A DNA stretch of 64,000 nucleotides from Candidatus Doudnabacteria bacterium (GCA_031291995.1 JARLHZ010000010.1:37155-101154), one strand, 5' to 3'; shown: positions 1 to 10,582, counted from the stretch's first letter. Notes: generated by a model from the sequence alone, not told the origin. Program-made: numbers and translations.

Positions 1-873
1 TTAGGCTATCGCTTAGAGCGCTGGTGCGCGGCAACATTACAGCGTCCCGATCCGCAAATTATTTGGCAATGTTCCCTGCCCGTGGAAGAATGGAACAAAG
101 CTTGGGCGATTTTTGAATCGCCGAGCGGCAGTGAAAAGGGGCGATGGGAAATTAAACAGGCGCTACCGCATCCCTGGATAGTCAAATTTGGCGAGGTTCA
201 ATTTCAACTCAAACTCTCCCCGTTCAAACACACCGGCTTGTTTGCCGAACAGGCGGCAAACTGGGAATGGATGCTGGCAAAAATTTCAAATGGCAAATTT
301 CAAATTCCAAGCGACGGGTCTTCGGCATCAAATAGTTCCTCCGCAGATGGAAACAATAGAGTGCTAAAAATATTAAACTTATTCGCTTACACCGGCGGCA
401 CGACAATGGTCCTGGCCAAAGCCGGGTGCCAGGTTACCCACGTTGACGCTTCCAAGCCGGCGATTACCTGGGCAAACGAAAACCACAAGCTTAACAATTT
501 GCCAGCCGATTCGGTCCGCTGGATTTTGGATGATGCCGTTAAATTCGTTAAACGCGAATTAAAGCGAGGCGCCAAATACGACGGAATAATTATGGATCCG
601 CCGGCCTTTGGCCATTCGCCCACGGGCAAAACCTGGAAGTTTAACGACGACTTGCCGGGACTGCTCTCCGACTGCGTGGAATTATTGTCGGATGATGCAA
701 AATTTTTAGTTGTAAACGGCTACGCGACAAACTCTTCGGCTTTGGCATTAAATAACCTGCTGGAAGATTCTATATCATCCAAACACGGAAAAATTGAGTT
801 TGGCGAACTTTGTTTAAAACAAAAATCCGGCAGACTCCTGTCCACCGGAATATTCTCTCGTTGGTCAAAATAA
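1..873 (+). CDS. Class I SAM-dependent methyltransferase (RlmI/RlmK/YwbD-like), 5'-truncated by the window edge
   Basis: Frame is open from base 1 (RPDPQIIW). Motifs KHTGLFAEQ, LNLFAYTGG, HVDAS, IIMDPPAFG. Confidence 0.85.
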   Translation, partial: LGYRLERWCAATLQRPDPQIIWQCSLPVEEWNKAWAIFESPSGSEKGRWEIKQALPHPWIVKFGEVQFQLKLSPFKHTGLFAEQAANWEWMLAKISNGKFQIPSDGSSASNSSSADGNNRVLKILNLFAYTGGTTMVLAKAGCQVTHVDASKPAITWANENHKLNNLPADSVRWILDDAVKFVKRELKRGAKYDGIIMDPPAFGHSPTGKTWKFNDDLPGLLSDCVELLSDDAKFLVVNGYATNSSALALNNLLEDSISSKHGKIEFGELCLKQKSGRLLSTGIFSRWSK

Positions 874-996
874 CTTTTACCGGCAACTGTTTTTACTAAC
901 TACGAATCAGTACGAATATACTAATGAAAGTGCTCAAATCATAAGCATAAGATTAGTATATTAATAACCAATTAGTAGTTAGTAAAGGCAGTTTTT

Positions 997-1380
997 TTAT
1001 TTCTTCGGCTCCAGGTACTCCATAACCTTGCCATAAAGCTCATCCATGCTCATACTGCCTTTTATCCAGTATTCTTTGACGCCCTGATCCAAAAGCATCT
1101 GTTTTAATTCGGGCTTGTCCAAATTAGTCAGCGCGATAACCGGGACGTTCTCCAGGCGCGGGTCGCTTTTTATATAATCTAAAATACCGGAACTGCCGTC
1201 TTCCTTGGTTAACAGCAAATCGAGCAGAATAATATCCGGCGTCGCCGTTTGTAGAACCTGTTTGGCTTCTTCCGGCGTACCCACGGCGTAAACTTCGCTT
1301 TCCCAACTGTCAAAGCGCTGTTTTAACGTATTCAAAATAAGTTGGTCGTCATCGACGATTAAAATTGTGTGTTTACCCAT
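997..1380 (-). CDS. Single-domain response regulator (receiver)
   Basis: ILIVDDD, DIILLDL (phospho-Asp), ALTN and WIK motifs. Confidence 0.9.
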   Translation of the reverse strand: MGKHTILIVDDDQLILNTLKQRFDSWESEVYAVGTPEEAKQVLQTATPDIILLDLLLTKEDGSSGILDYIKSDPRLENVPVIALTNLDKPELKQMLLDQGVKEYWIKGSMSMDELYGKVMEYLEPKK

Positions 1381-1417
1381 ATTTTTCCGGCGTCGCTCAT
1401 GGCAATCCTTTTAAAAA

Positions 1418-1972
1418 TTAAATTTCGTTGGGATCGGCGACAGCCCGTCCCAAAATAATTAAAAAAACCAATGGGGCGACCAGCCAAATAAAATCCGCCG
1501 GTCCGGAAAGGAAAATCAGGGTAATCAGGTCGGAAAAAGTTTTACCGCTGACCGCGAGGTAGCTTAAAATAGTGTTAATTAGCAGGCCGACCTGCAATAC
1601 GGCAAAAACGATGGCAAACGGAATGGCGGTAAAATGCCGGCCATCCGCCGAAGTCCGAAATGCGTACCGCGACAGCAGCACAAATAAAATTACAAAAATT
1701 ATCAGGAAACTGACCAATTGCTGGATGCTCGACAAAGTATTGGGCAGCGCCTGGCCGACGCTGTTACCCAGCCACGGCGCTTGTAGCACGAACAGTTTGG
1801 CAATATACAGACTCATGAGCAGGCTGATAATTCTGCCCCGTCCGGCCGAAAAAGCGTAAAAAATACTGGCCACCGCCCAAAACAGCAGAATAAACAAATC
1901 CCAGCTGGGCGTATGCCAGTTAAAGTTATGTATTATTTGATTGGCCCCGTCGACTGTTATTATGGCTAACAT
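1418..1972 (-). CDS. Integral membrane protein (CvpA-like topology)
   Basis: 184 aa with about 5 hydrophobic segments. Confidence 0.6.
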   Translation of the reverse strand: MLAIITVDGANQIIHNFNWHTPSWDLFILLFWAVASIFYAFSAGRGRIISLLMSLYIAKLFVLQAPWLGNSVGQALPNTLSSIQQLVSFLIIFVILFVLLSRYAFRTSADGRHFTAIPFAIVFAVLQVGLLINTILSYLAVSGKTFSDLITLIFLSGPADFIWLVAPLVFLIILGRAVADPNEI

Positions 1973-2027
1973 TTTTATTTTAGCTTAAGCTCTACTATTA
2001 TAGCACATATCGATAATGAACCCTTAT

Positions 2028-2534
2028 TTAAGCTAAATTATCGTTATTGCCTCCATTTTTACCGTTTTCCGACTGCCAAATTTTATCCAGCTCGATTTTT
2101 AAACCGTTCATTTGCTGATGAATCGAACTTACCTGTTCCCGCACTCCGGCCATGCGATCATCTTCCGTCCTGACTTCTTTTTCCGTTTTTTCGGCGATTT
2201 TCTTTTCGCCTTTAAGGCCGGAAATTATTATTTCGTTTCCAATAAAGTTCGAGACAAACACTCCGGTCATCAGCAATAGTACACTGCCAATAATAAACGA
2301 CAGCGGACCGTCCCACCAGGCGCCCAGGTTTAAATCGACGCTGGACTGGGCCACAGTCGCTCCCGCGGTCAAAAACCCCATAATGTAATCCATGGTATGC
2401 CACACACCCCGCCAAAAAATTACCACCCCAATTCCGCCCGTAAAAGCATAAGCAATAGGGTAATGGCTCAAAAACCTGCGCACATGGTCTTCCAACCTAT
2501 CACCGGCATCATACAAAGTTTTATAAATTGACAT
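2028..2534 (-). CDS. Hypothetical membrane protein with C-terminal coiled coil
   Basis: Two TM segments (IFWRGVWH motif) and a charged heptad tail. Confidence 0.65.
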   Translation of the reverse strand: MSIYKTLYDAGDRLEDHVRRFLSHYPIAYAFTGGIGVVIFWRGVWHTMDYIMGFLTAGATVAQSSVDLNLGAWWDGPLSFIIGSVLLLMTGVFVSNFIGNEIIISGLKGEKKIAEKTEKEVRTEDDRMAGVREQVSSIHQQMNGLKIELDKIWQSENGKNGGNNDNLA

Positions 2535-2548
2535 AAATTATTTATTAA

Positions 2549-3301
2549 TTATTTTTCTGCGGGACAAAAGTCCCAAATTAATTTAAACCAGGTGCGATAA
2601 GTTTCAGCCAACTGCGGGTGCTTCATAACAAAAATTGTTACGTTTTCACCAACATTGCCAATATCCACGCTGGTAAAGGTGACAATATAGTCGCCGAACA
2701 TATCCGTCACTCCGGGCGTCGGATATTTTTTCGGCAAAAATTTATATTCGCCGCCAACATCTTTTATAGCCTGCGGGATTTTTTCTTTTACCCGATAATC
2801 GTAAAGGGTAAAATATTTTTTATTTTTCCGTTTCATGGCCGCCTGAAAATCTTGCAAATACTGCCTGTCGATGCTGGGTGTAAACCATAAAACCTTGGCT
2901 CCCAAAAAATAAGTATCTTCGGCCACCCGCGCCATATCGCGCATATAGTTTTTGTAGCCTTCCAAGCCTTTGTAAATATACGCGGCTTCTTGTAACGGTG
3001 TGCTTTGATAAAGTTTGTTCAATTCCGGTAAAATGTTCGTTAGTTTCCTTTCTTTTTCTTCCAAAACCTCGGCCAATTTATTTGGAGTTACCGCGCGAAA
3101 CTGATGTTCCCCTTTTTGAAAAATCCGAAAAACCAAACCTTTTTCCACCAACCGGTTTAGCGCGTCATAAACATTGCGGCGATGCACACTGGCCTTAAGC
3201 GAAATTTCCGCCACGCCAATCTCCCCGGCGCTCAACAGCGTCTCATAAATTTTAGCCTCATTTGGGCTAAGCCCAATTTCTTCAAAAACTTCGGAGTACA
3301 T
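2549..3301 (-). CDS. TrmB-family transcriptional regulator
   Basis: GLSPNEAKIY...RRNVYDALNRLVEKGLV winged HTH. Start moved to MYSEVF because the longer ORF reads through a palindromic repeat. Confidence 0.85.
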   Translation of the reverse strand: MYSEVFEEIGLSPNEAKIYETLLSAGEIGVAEISLKASVHRRNVYDALNRLVEKGLVFRIFQKGEHQFRAVTPNKLAEVLEEKERKLTNILPELNKLYQSTPLQEAAYIYKGLEGYKNYMRDMARVAEDTYFLGAKVLWFTPSIDRQYLQDFQAAMKRKNKKYFTLYDYRVKEKIPQAIKDVGGEYKFLPKKYPTPGVTDMFGDYIVTFTSVDIGNVGENVTIFVMKHPQLAETYRTWFKLIWDFCPAEK

Positions 3302-3314
3302 AATTTCTCCAGTT

Positions 3315-3412
3315 GTGTCATCCCGACCGAGGAGTGCATCCGACGAGTGGAGGGATCCCTTAAATCTAACTAAGGGATTCCTCGGCCAGAGGGCAAAGCC
3401 TCGGAATGACAC
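3315..3412. repeat. Composite palindromic REP-like element (GTCATCCCG...GGAATGAC family)
   Basis: Ends GTGTCATCCCGA / TCGGAATGACAC with an internal GGGATCCCT..AGGGATTCC stem. Relatives near 10338-10400, 10992-11044 and 56689-56751. Confidence 0.7.
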
Positions 3413-3482
3413 AAGAATAAAGGTTATTTATCTTATGGTGGCATTTACCACCCTATGGTGCTCTTGGCCACTCATTAAATAT

Positions 3483-3511
3483 AGTTTATGCTATTTGGTC
3501 ACCATTGTCAA
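3483..3511 (-). promoter_or_regulatory. sigma70 promoter of the TrmB gene
   Basis: TTGACA-17 bp-TAAACT on the minus strand. Confidence 0.55.
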
Positions 3512-3540
3512 CTTGATCATGGGACAAGAAGGGAGGAAAT

Positions 3541-4167
3541 ATGGAAGTAATAGTTGGGTTAAAGCTTTTGGCATTACAAGCGGTAATGGCGGGGTTTCAA
3601 AGGATGTACCACTACCACTCTCAGCCTCTTTGGGTTGAATCGGTAGAGGTGGTTTCGTCCGAAAAAATCGAAGGCAAAGATAATTGGAACGGGAAGAAAT
3701 ATGTCTTTGCTATTTCAGCTCTTTCCCGGAACAGAATCGACTCATGCCGGGCTGAAATTTCTGTGGTCAAAAAACCCGCTCCTCAGGACTTCACCGTGGG
3801 GTTGGCAGGATGGTGCCGTAGCCCTGTCGACGTATTATATGTCAATGGCTTTGCCGACAGCTGGCAAGAAATGAATATATCGGTGTTCAGCTCCGACAAC
3901 CCCAATAGCCTGGAAATCGATTCCGAACGTCGACTGCCGTTGACGATATATGAGTTTCCCGTCGCCGAATTGGAACAGCGCGTCAATCAAAGGGTGCAAG
4001 TAAGGCTAAAAGATTGGCACTATGTTGAAGGATCGCTTAACTACTACGGGCCCGGCGCGACCAGACAAGGGGACAACTTCGTCATCATCGACGGCGGCCA
4101 AAGCACTTCGGTTCACATATCAGAAATTGCTCAAGCCTGGGCAGTGGATCGCAGACGACAATTTTGA
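3541..4167 (+). CDS. Hypothetical protein
   Basis: 208-aa ORF with a GGAGG Shine-Dalgarno upstream. No motif recognised. Confidence 0.65.
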   Translation: MEVIVGLKLLALQAVMAGFQRMYHYHSQPLWVESVEVVSSEKIEGKDNWNGKKYVFAISALSRNRIDSCRAEISVVKKPAPQDFTVGLAGWCRSPVDVLYVNGFADSWQEMNISVFSSDNPNSLEIDSERRLPLTIYEFPVAELEQRVNQRVQVRLKDWHYVEGSLNYYGPGATRQGDNFVIIDGGQSTSVHISEIAQAWAVDRRRQF

Positions 4168-4210
4168 ACTTAAAAATCGCCTTTTGTGATGTGATTAGGA
4201 GAAATTACAA

Positions 4211-4792
4211 ATGAAAATGCGTTACGCATTGATCTACGTGGCGGTCGTAATCATCGGTTGGTTCGTGCCGATTGCGATTACCGGCCAATCAGCACTTAAC
4301 AGCACCGCCGTGACGGCGGTGACAATCACAGCGTTACTGGCTTCGCTCTTGGTAAAGTTCGCGGCATTCGACCGCGCGGAGCGCTGGAACCAATGGGTTG
4401 TGCTGTATGTGCCCATTATGCTCCTGGCTTTCCTGATGGGCGTAGCCATAAAAGACAAAGACACCCTGAGCTGCATCCAGCTTGGAATCGGCTCGCTCAT
4501 CCACGTGGCTTTCTGGCTGTCGTCCTGCGAGTCCGACAGCCTGCGCCTGAGCGAATTCCGGGCGAGCAACGGCGCCGGCATGCCGCACACCAACGATTTG
4601 CTGTTCTCGCTGTTCCTGAACGAACATCGCGGCGCGGCGTCAAACATCGTCAAAAGCCTCGGCAAAGGCTTTCCGGTGAAACTAAAGGAAATTGCGGCAT
4701 TGCTGCCAAATCTTTCCGAGGAGTTCATCGGGGAAGTCCGAAAGGAAATCGAAATCTACCAAAGGAGGAAGCACGGCAAAATATTGCAATAA
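4211..4792 (+). CDS. Hypothetical membrane protein (about 4 TM plus soluble C-terminus)
   Basis: AGGAG SD, hydrophobic N-half, terminator hairpin at 4801-4835. Confidence 0.65.
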   Translation: MKMRYALIYVAVVIIGWFVPIAITGQSALNSTAVTAVTITALLASLLVKFAAFDRAERWNQWVVLYVPIMLLAFLMGVAIKDKDTLSCIQLGIGSLIHVAFWLSSCESDSLRLSEFRASNGAGMPHTNDLLFSLFLNEHRGAASNIVKSLGKGFPVKLKEIAALLPNLSEEFIGEVRKEIEIYQRRKHGKILQ

Positions 4793-4800
4793 ACTATCAA

Positions 4801-4837
4801 AAAGGCGACGGATGGCTCATACCACCGTCGCCTTTGA
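4801..4837. terminator. Bidirectional intrinsic terminator
   Basis: AAAGGCGACGG...CCGTCGCCTTT between convergent genes. Confidence 0.7.
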
Positions 4838-4897
4838 TTTTGTATAATTTTATTTCGTTCAAGTAGCTCTTTACCGCCTTGGGCGTGAGCTCCGTTT

Positions 4898-5176
4898 TCA
4901 TTTGCGGACATGCTTACTTTTCTTGTATTTTTTTACCGATTCATGTAAAAAATCCACCATTTCTTTATGAGTATCAAACGGGCCATAAACTCTGCCGGCT
5001 CTAACATCTGCCAGACCCTCGGCAATTCCCTTGTCGACTAAATTTTTAGCCCTTAAAGTAATTTCACCTTTGTTGACGGTGGCTTCAAAAATATCGCCAA
5101 TGTTCACACCGGCTTTTTTTCTTAAAGCGACCGGCAGGGTGATTTGGTATTTTGTTTTAACTTTAACTAGTTCCAT
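4898..5176 (-). CDS. AbrB/MazE/SpoVT-family DNA-binding protein
   Basis: KVKTKYQITLPVALRKKAGVNIGD swapped-hairpin motif. Own TTGACA-16-TATAAT promoter (5213-5240) and a GAAAGT-TAG-ACTTTC palindrome. Confidence 0.85.
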   Translation of the reverse strand: MELVKVKTKYQITLPVALRKKAGVNIGDIFEATVNKGEITLRAKNLVDKGIAEGLADVRAGRVYGPFDTHKEMVDFLHESVKKYKKSKHVRK

Positions 5177-5307
5177 ATGATTACAAAATGTTAGAAAGTT
5201 AGACTTTCTTACATTATAAACCAAAATGACATTCTGTCAAACTTCTAAATAAAAGCGGCGACGGCGCAAATCTGCCGTCGCTTTCGATTGCCCAACCTAA
5301 TAAAATT

Positions 5308-5535
5308 TTATAAATTATTTAAAAAATCTTCCCGGTCAATTTCCGCTTCCCTTAAAATTGCTCTGAGCAATCCTCTGCCAATGTCTTCACCACGATGATC
5401 CGGTACGACTGTCGTACGACCATCGGGATGCGCAAAAAATCGATGAGAACCTGACTGGCGAATCTCGATGAACCCGAACATTTTTAAAGCGCGAATAACA
5501 TCGCGCGCTTTAAACATGGGCAAACGGGCAGACAT
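5308..5535 (-). CDS. hicA: HicA toxin
   Basis: GFIEIRQSGSHRFF..DGRTTVVPDH..DIGRGLLRAIL. Confidence 0.9.
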   Translation of the reverse strand: MSARLPMFKARDVIRALKMFGFIEIRQSGSHRFFAHPDGRTTVVPDHRGEDIGRGLLRAILREAEIDREDFLNNL

Positions 5536-5538
5536 AAA

Positions 5539-5847
5539 TTACAAAGTTACCATTTCCATAGCTATAAAGCTGGGCTGATGGGACAAACCCAAAATTTTAT
5601 TCCTGTATGCAGAATTTTTTTTTGCAACCTCCAAACATAATTTTATGGCCTCTTTGATTCGCTTACGCAACTCGGTCAATGTTTTAGCCTGTGTATGACA
5701 ACCTGGCAATGTTGGTACCGAAGCTATAAAAAATCCATCCTCATCCTGTTCAATAATTACCGCGTAATTATTTTCCAAACGCGTTGAATAACCGACCATT
5801 TTTTCTCTAACCTTATTGGCGGGATAAATTTTAGATCTTTTCTTCAT
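5539..5847 (-). CDS. hicB: HicB antitoxin (short form, no DNA-binding domain)
   Basis: YAVIIEQDEDGFFIASVPTLPGCHTQAKT..EAIKLCLE. Confidence 0.9.
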   Translation of the reverse strand: MKKRSKIYPANKVREKMVGYSTRLENNYAVIIEQDEDGFFIASVPTLPGCHTQAKTLTELRKRIKEAIKLCLEVAKKNSAYRNKILGLSHQPSFIAMEMVTL

Positions 5848-5895
5848 AAAAGACAGCTTAAATATCGGCTTGCATAAGTATTATATCATGAAAAT

Positions 5896-7071
5896 CTAAA
5901 AACTATCCTTAATGCTGTTCCAAAGACTTTCGTCTATATTTACCGTCTCTCCCCGTTCGTCGGCCAATTGTTTGAGCAGTTCTTTCTCCTTTTTGGAAAG
6001 TTTGGCCGGGGTGACGACGCGGACGGTAATTAACAGGTCGCCGCGGCGGTCGGGATTATCAATATTCGGGACGCCGTGGTTTTTAACTTTCAGCACCGTT
6101 CCGCTTTGTGTCCCGGCTGGAATTTTTAGTTCAATATCGCTGTCCAAAGTTTTAACAATCAATTTGGCGCCCAGCGCGGCCTGCGTAAAACCAACCGGCA
6201 ATTCCCTGAGCAGATTAATGCCGTCGCGGACAAAATCCTTGCCGGGTTTTACGCGAATGGACAAATACAAATCACCGGCTTCACTGCCGCGGTAACCGGC
6301 TTCGCCTTCGCCGCTTATGCGTACCCGCTGGCCGTTGTCTATACCGGCCGGAATTTTTACCATTATTGTTTTTTCCTGCCGCAAACTTCCAGACCCGCCG
6401 CAGGTTTTGCAGGGTTGTTCCGGAACCTTACCAGTGCCTTCACAGCGGTCGCAGGTTACACGGCTCTGGACCTGGCCAAAAATAGTGCTGCGGTTTGTGA
6501 CAATATTTCCCTGCCCGTGGCATTTGGGGCAGGTGTTAATTTTAGTGCCCGGCTGTCCGCCGCTGCCTCCACAGGTTTTACATTTGTCCTTTTTTTCCAG
6601 TGTAACGGTTTTCTCCGCGCCGAATACGGCTTCCTCAAAAGTTATTGTTAATCCCATTTCCAAATCAATTCCCCGCGTCCTGCGGCTCTGCCTCTGCTGC
6701 CCCCCGAACATCCCGCCAAAAATATCGCCCAAATCAAATTCTATACCGCCTTCGCCAAATCCGCCAAAACCTTCTCCAAATGGGGATCCTGCCGTTCGAT
6801 AACCGCCAAACGGACTTCCCTGGCCTTGATAGTTAAAGCCGCCGCCATTCCTGGCGGCCTGGTCAAAAGTCTGGCCATACTGATCGTATTGCTGCTTCTT
6901 TTCCGCGTTGCCCAAAACCTGGTAAGCCTCGTTGATTTCTTTGAATTTTTCCGCGTTGCCATTACCTTTGTCCGGATGGAACTCGTGGGCTTTTTTTCGG
7001 TAAGCGCGTTTGATTTCGTCCGCCGAAGAGCCTTTGGAAACGCCTAAAATGTCATAGTAATTTATTGCCAT
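5896..7071 (-). CDS. dnaJ: Chaperone DnaJ
   Basis: J-domain HPD, G/F-rich region, four CxxCxGxG repeats. Confidence 0.98.
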   Translation of the reverse strand: MAINYYDILGVSKGSSADEIKRAYRKKAHEFHPDKGNGNAEKFKEINEAYQVLGNAEKKQQYDQYGQTFDQAARNGGGFNYQGQGSPFGGYRTAGSPFGEGFGGFGEGGIEFDLGDIFGGMFGGQQRQSRRTRGIDLEMGLTITFEEAVFGAEKTVTLEKKDKCKTCGGSGGQPGTKINTCPKCHGQGNIVTNRSTIFGQVQSRVTCDRCEGTGKVPEQPCKTCGGSGSLRQEKTIMVKIPAGIDNGQRVRISGEGEAGYRGSEAGDLYLSIRVKPGKDFVRDGINLLRELPVGFTQAALGAKLIVKTLDSDIELKIPAGTQSGTVLKVKNHGVPNIDNPDRRGDLLITVRVVTPAKLSKKEKELLKQLADERGETVNIDESLWNSIKDSF

Positions 7072-7168
7072 AGCTAGATTGACATCATTTAAAAAATTTA
7101 AAAGACTGACATGATTGGGTCGGCATTCTTGTCAATCTTGCTCAATCCTGTCAATTTTGTCAATTTCC

Positions 7169-7465
7169 TCATTCTGTTCTAAACCCAATCTTGTGCTCGG
7201 GTTGTTCGGACATTTTAATTTGGCCGAACTGCTTTTCGTAATTTTTCAAATTCTCTTCCATAGCCGCGACCACCCGCTTCATATGACCGGGCGACAAAAT
7301 AACGCGGGCGGAAATAATCCCGGAGGGCGGAAAAATATTCATAAAATCCAAAATAAATTCCTCGGGGCCGTGGCCAACCTGTACCATATTGGCATACACG
7401 CCCTTTAGCACCTCATCGGAAATTTTTACCTGGATTTGCTGTCCTTGGTCTTTTTGTTGATCCAT
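7169..7465 (-). CDS. DUF3467-family protein
   Basis: GVYAN...EEFILDF...ARVILSPGHMKR...YEKQFG. Confidence 0.8.
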   Translation of the reverse strand: MDQQKDQGQQIQVKISDEVLKGVYANMVQVGHGPEEFILDFMNIFPPSGIISARVILSPGHMKRVVAAMEENLKNYEKQFGQIKMSEQPEHKIGFRTE

Positions 7466-7560
7466 AAAATTGAATTTCTACGAAGTACAAACAAATGTGA
7501 ACTCATGAACAAAGGAGTTTCTCTTCGTAAGTTCGTAAAATTTCGTACTTCGTAAACTGT

Positions 7561-8304
7561 TTAATATTGCGATTTTAGCTGCGAAATTTTAAGCTGTTCG
7601 GCGGGGCAAAAATCCTGTGATATGTATAAACCGAATGCCTCAAACGGCTGGCCATTTTGCCCGATCTGAGTATCCATAACACAGCTGTTATCTGTGGATT
7701 GGGTCTTTAACCCGATCTGGATGCCAAAATTCTGAAGCAGCGAAGATAAAATATAATTATTTAATTGCTGCGGCTCGGAGCGCAAAAAATCCATATAAGC
7801 AGATACGGAGATGGCCGTTCCCGACTCCAAGTATGTAGTCGACATTTCCTGGTCGGCCCTGGGGCTGTAATCCTGTAAAAAATAAACGTAAAATTTACTT
7901 CCCCCTCCCGGCACACGCGTGTCGGAACCGATTCTGGCCGCGTTAAGCGTCGTTAAAGGAACCGTACTGTCGCTCACCGAACCCCCGTCGACAACCTGGG
8001 CGGTCCGGCCGGTATATTTACTTACCAGCGACGCAAAGGCGTTCAGCGGGCTGACATCAACATCCAGCGTATCCGGCTTGAACCACACTATATAAATGGG
8101 GCCGGCTGCTTTAAAATATTCCGCCCTGGCATCTCCCGGTTTATGAAACCCAAATAGTGACCGCAATACCGGATATTGGCCTATGGTATACCTGGTCGAT
8201 TGGTTAAACTGGCTGTCCGGACTGCCCTTGGCCTGCAATTTGACGTAAAAGAACGCCCCTCCCGCCAAAAGCAGTATAATAAAGAAAAACGCTTTCCAGC
8301 TCAT
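7561..8304 (-). CDS. Membrane-anchored protein, possibly a degenerate zincin fold
   Basis: N-terminal TM. C-terminal LLQNFGIQIGL...SCVM...DFC resembles HEFGHxLGL...CxM with the Zn ligands lost. Confidence 0.55.
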   Translation of the reverse strand: MSWKAFFFIILLLAGGAFFYVKLQAKGSPDSQFNQSTRYTIGQYPVLRSLFGFHKPGDARAEYFKAAGPIYIVWFKPDTLDVDVSPLNAFASLVSKYTGRTAQVVDGGSVSDSTVPLTTLNAARIGSDTRVPGGGSKFYVYFLQDYSPRADQEMSTTYLESGTAISVSAYMDFLRSEPQQLNNYILSSLLQNFGIQIGLKTQSTDNSCVMDTQIGQNGQPFEAFGLYISQDFCPAEQLKISQLKSQY

Positions 8305-8363
8305 AATTTTTATTTTACTTATAAGGTACCGGATATTATATACCCGGTACCTTATAGTTTATA

Positions 8364-10301
8364 CTATTTTGGGACTTCTTTATAATCCGCGTCAACAGTG
8401 CCGGAATTACCCCCGGAAGTTCCGCCCGAATTACCGCTTTCCGCCGACGGATTGGCGCCCGCCTGCCCGCCAGGTCCGGAACCCGCGGCAGGATTTGCCG
8501 GCCCGCCCGAGCCTTCGTACATAGCCGCGCCGACTTTTTGGACAGCCTCGCTCAGCGCGTCCATGGTTTTTTTAATCGCCTCAATGTCATCCTTGTCTTT
8601 TACTTCTTTCAGGGCTTTAATTTTTTCTTCCACAGACAATTTGTCTTCGGCTTTGAGCTTTGAGCCGGTCGCGGACCCCGAGCCTGTCGAGGCGGCATCC
8701 TTTAAAGTTTTTTCGGAAACGCTAATGAGCGTATCGGCCTGGTTCCGCATGTCCACGGTTTCTTTGCGCTTTCTGTCTTCGGCCGCGTGCGCTTCGGCTT
8801 CTTTTTTCATCCGTTCGACATCGTCTTTGGACAAATTGGAAGAACCCTGAATGGTAATTTTATTTTCCTTGCCCGTAGCCTTGTCTTTTCCTTTAACAGT
8901 CAAAATGCCGTTGGCATCAATATCAAACGTCACTTCAACCTGCGGTACGCCGCGGGGCGCCGGCGGAATGCCGTCCAAAATAAACTGGCCCAAAGATTTG
9001 TTATCCTTGGCAAATTCGCGTTCGCCCTGCAGAACGTGAACTTCCACCGAAGTTTGGTTATCGGCCGCGGTGGAAAATACTTGGGACTTGGAGGTCGGGA
9101 TGGTGGTATTTCGATCAATCAGCGCGGTACGAATTCCCCCCAAAGTTTCCAGACCCAGCGTCAAGGGAGTTACGTCCAGCAGCAAAATTTCCTTGCCCTG
9201 CACGTCCCCGCCCAAAATGCCGGCTTGAATAGCCGCGCCTTTGGCCACGGCTTCCATCGGGTCTATGCCGCCTTCCACCTGCTTGCCGACGTAAGTTTCC
9301 ACGAACTGTTTGACCGCGGGCATCCGGGTCGGGCCGCCGATTAAAATAATTTTGTCTATATTCTGCGGCGTCAGCTTGGCATCGTTTAATGCCTGCTCCA
9401 CGGGGTGGCGCATTTTTTCCACAATCGGCCGGATTAATTCTTCAAGTTTGGCCCGGGTAATCTTAATTTGCAAATGTTTCGGCCCGTTAGCATCCGCGGT
9501 TATAAAAGGAAGGTTAATATCCGTCTCCATGGTCGTCGACAATTCTATTTTGGCTTTTTCGGCCGCTTCCCTAACGCGGTTCATGGCCATCTTGTCATTG
9601 TTTAAATCCACGCCGCTGGAAGACTTAAAATCGTTTACAATGTAATCGATAAGCGCTTTGTCCATGTCCTTGCCGCCCAATTGCGTGTCCCCGGAGGTGG
9701 ATTTAACCTCAAAAGTAGCCTGATTATCTACCTCTGAAAAATCCATAATCGTTACGTCCAAAGTTCCGCCTCCCAGGTCGAACACGAGAATTTTTTGGTC
9801 TTTTGACGATGATTTATCCAAGCCATAAGCAAAAGCCGCGGCCGTGGGTTCGTTTATGACGCGAACCACTTCCAACCCCGCGATTTCCCCGGCGTTCTTG
9901 GTCGCTTGCCGCTGCGCGTCGTCAAAATAAGCCGGCACGGTAATTACGGCTTTAGCCACCGGTTCACCCAAAAAAGTTTCCGCGTCTTTCTTGATCTTCT
10001 GTAAAATAAACGCGCTGATTTGTTCCGGGGTGTATTCTTTGCCGTTAATCTGGTATTTAAAATTTGTACCCATCTTTCTTTTGGCTTCAAAGATGGTTCC
10101 CTCGGGGTTTGTGACCGCCTGGCGTCTGGCCGGCTCACCGACCAAAAGCTGGCCTTCTTTGGTAAAAGCCACATAAGATGGAAAAGCTTTCCCCGCGGCG
10201 GATGTGCCTTCCGCGGCCGGAATAATCACCGGCGTCCCGCCCTGCATAACACTGGCGGCGGAGTTGCTCGTCCCCAAATCTATCCCTATAATTTTTGGCA
10301 T
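8364..10301 (-). CDS. dnaK: Chaperone DnaK
   Basis: [34 protein letters not shown]. Confidence 0.99.
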   Translation of the reverse strand: MPKIIGIDLGTSNSAASVMQGGTPVIIPAAEGTSAAGKAFPSYVAFTKEGQLLVGEPARRQAVTNPEGTIFEAKRKMGTNFKYQINGKEYTPEQISAFILQKIKKDAETFLGEPVAKAVITVPAYFDDAQRQATKNAGEIAGLEVVRVINEPTAAAFAYGLDKSSSKDQKILVFDLGGGTLDVTIMDFSEVDNQATFEVKSTSGDTQLGGKDMDKALIDYIVNDFKSSSGVDLNNDKMAMNRVREAAEKAKIELSTTMETDINLPFITADANGPKHLQIKITRAKLEELIRPIVEKMRHPVEQALNDAKLTPQNIDKIILIGGPTRMPAVKQFVETYVGKQVEGGIDPMEAVAKGAAIQAGILGGDVQGKEILLLDVTPLTLGLETLGGIRTALIDRNTTIPTSKSQVFSTAADNQTSVEVHVLQGEREFAKDNKSLGQFILDGIPPAPRGVPQVEVTFDIDANGILTVKGKDKATGKENKITIQGSSNLSKDDVERMKKEAEAHAAEDRKRKETVDMRNQADTLISVSEKTLKDAASTGSGSATGSKLKAEDKLSVEEKIKALKEVKDKDDIEAIKKTMDALSEAVQKVGAAMYEGSGGPANPAAGSGPGGQAGANPSAESGNSGGTSGGNSGTVDADYKEVPK

Positions 10302-10582
10302 AATGTGTTCTCCTTTTAAAATTTATTCATAATTCTTGTGATTCCCGCGGAGGCAGGAATCATAATTTTTTAGATGCCGGCTCGGGAGCCGGAATGACAC
10401 ATAAGTTAATCCCTTAAAGCCGATAAATCGGCACGCTACATACTTAGATTGCTTCGACATTGTTCACTAATAATTCGATGGCGACTCCTTGCCTGAATTC
10501 CGTCCGGTACGTGGCTCGCGATGACACGAAAGTTTAAATTCCGCGCCAGATCTGCGTCGCTATCCGCGTGCAGATCTGCGGT

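Noticed and set aside
8398-10319. Long antisense ORFs over dnaK (similar ones over dnaJ, ftsH, recA and ftsK)
   Set aside because: Typical shadow ORFs of conserved genes, with no motifs.
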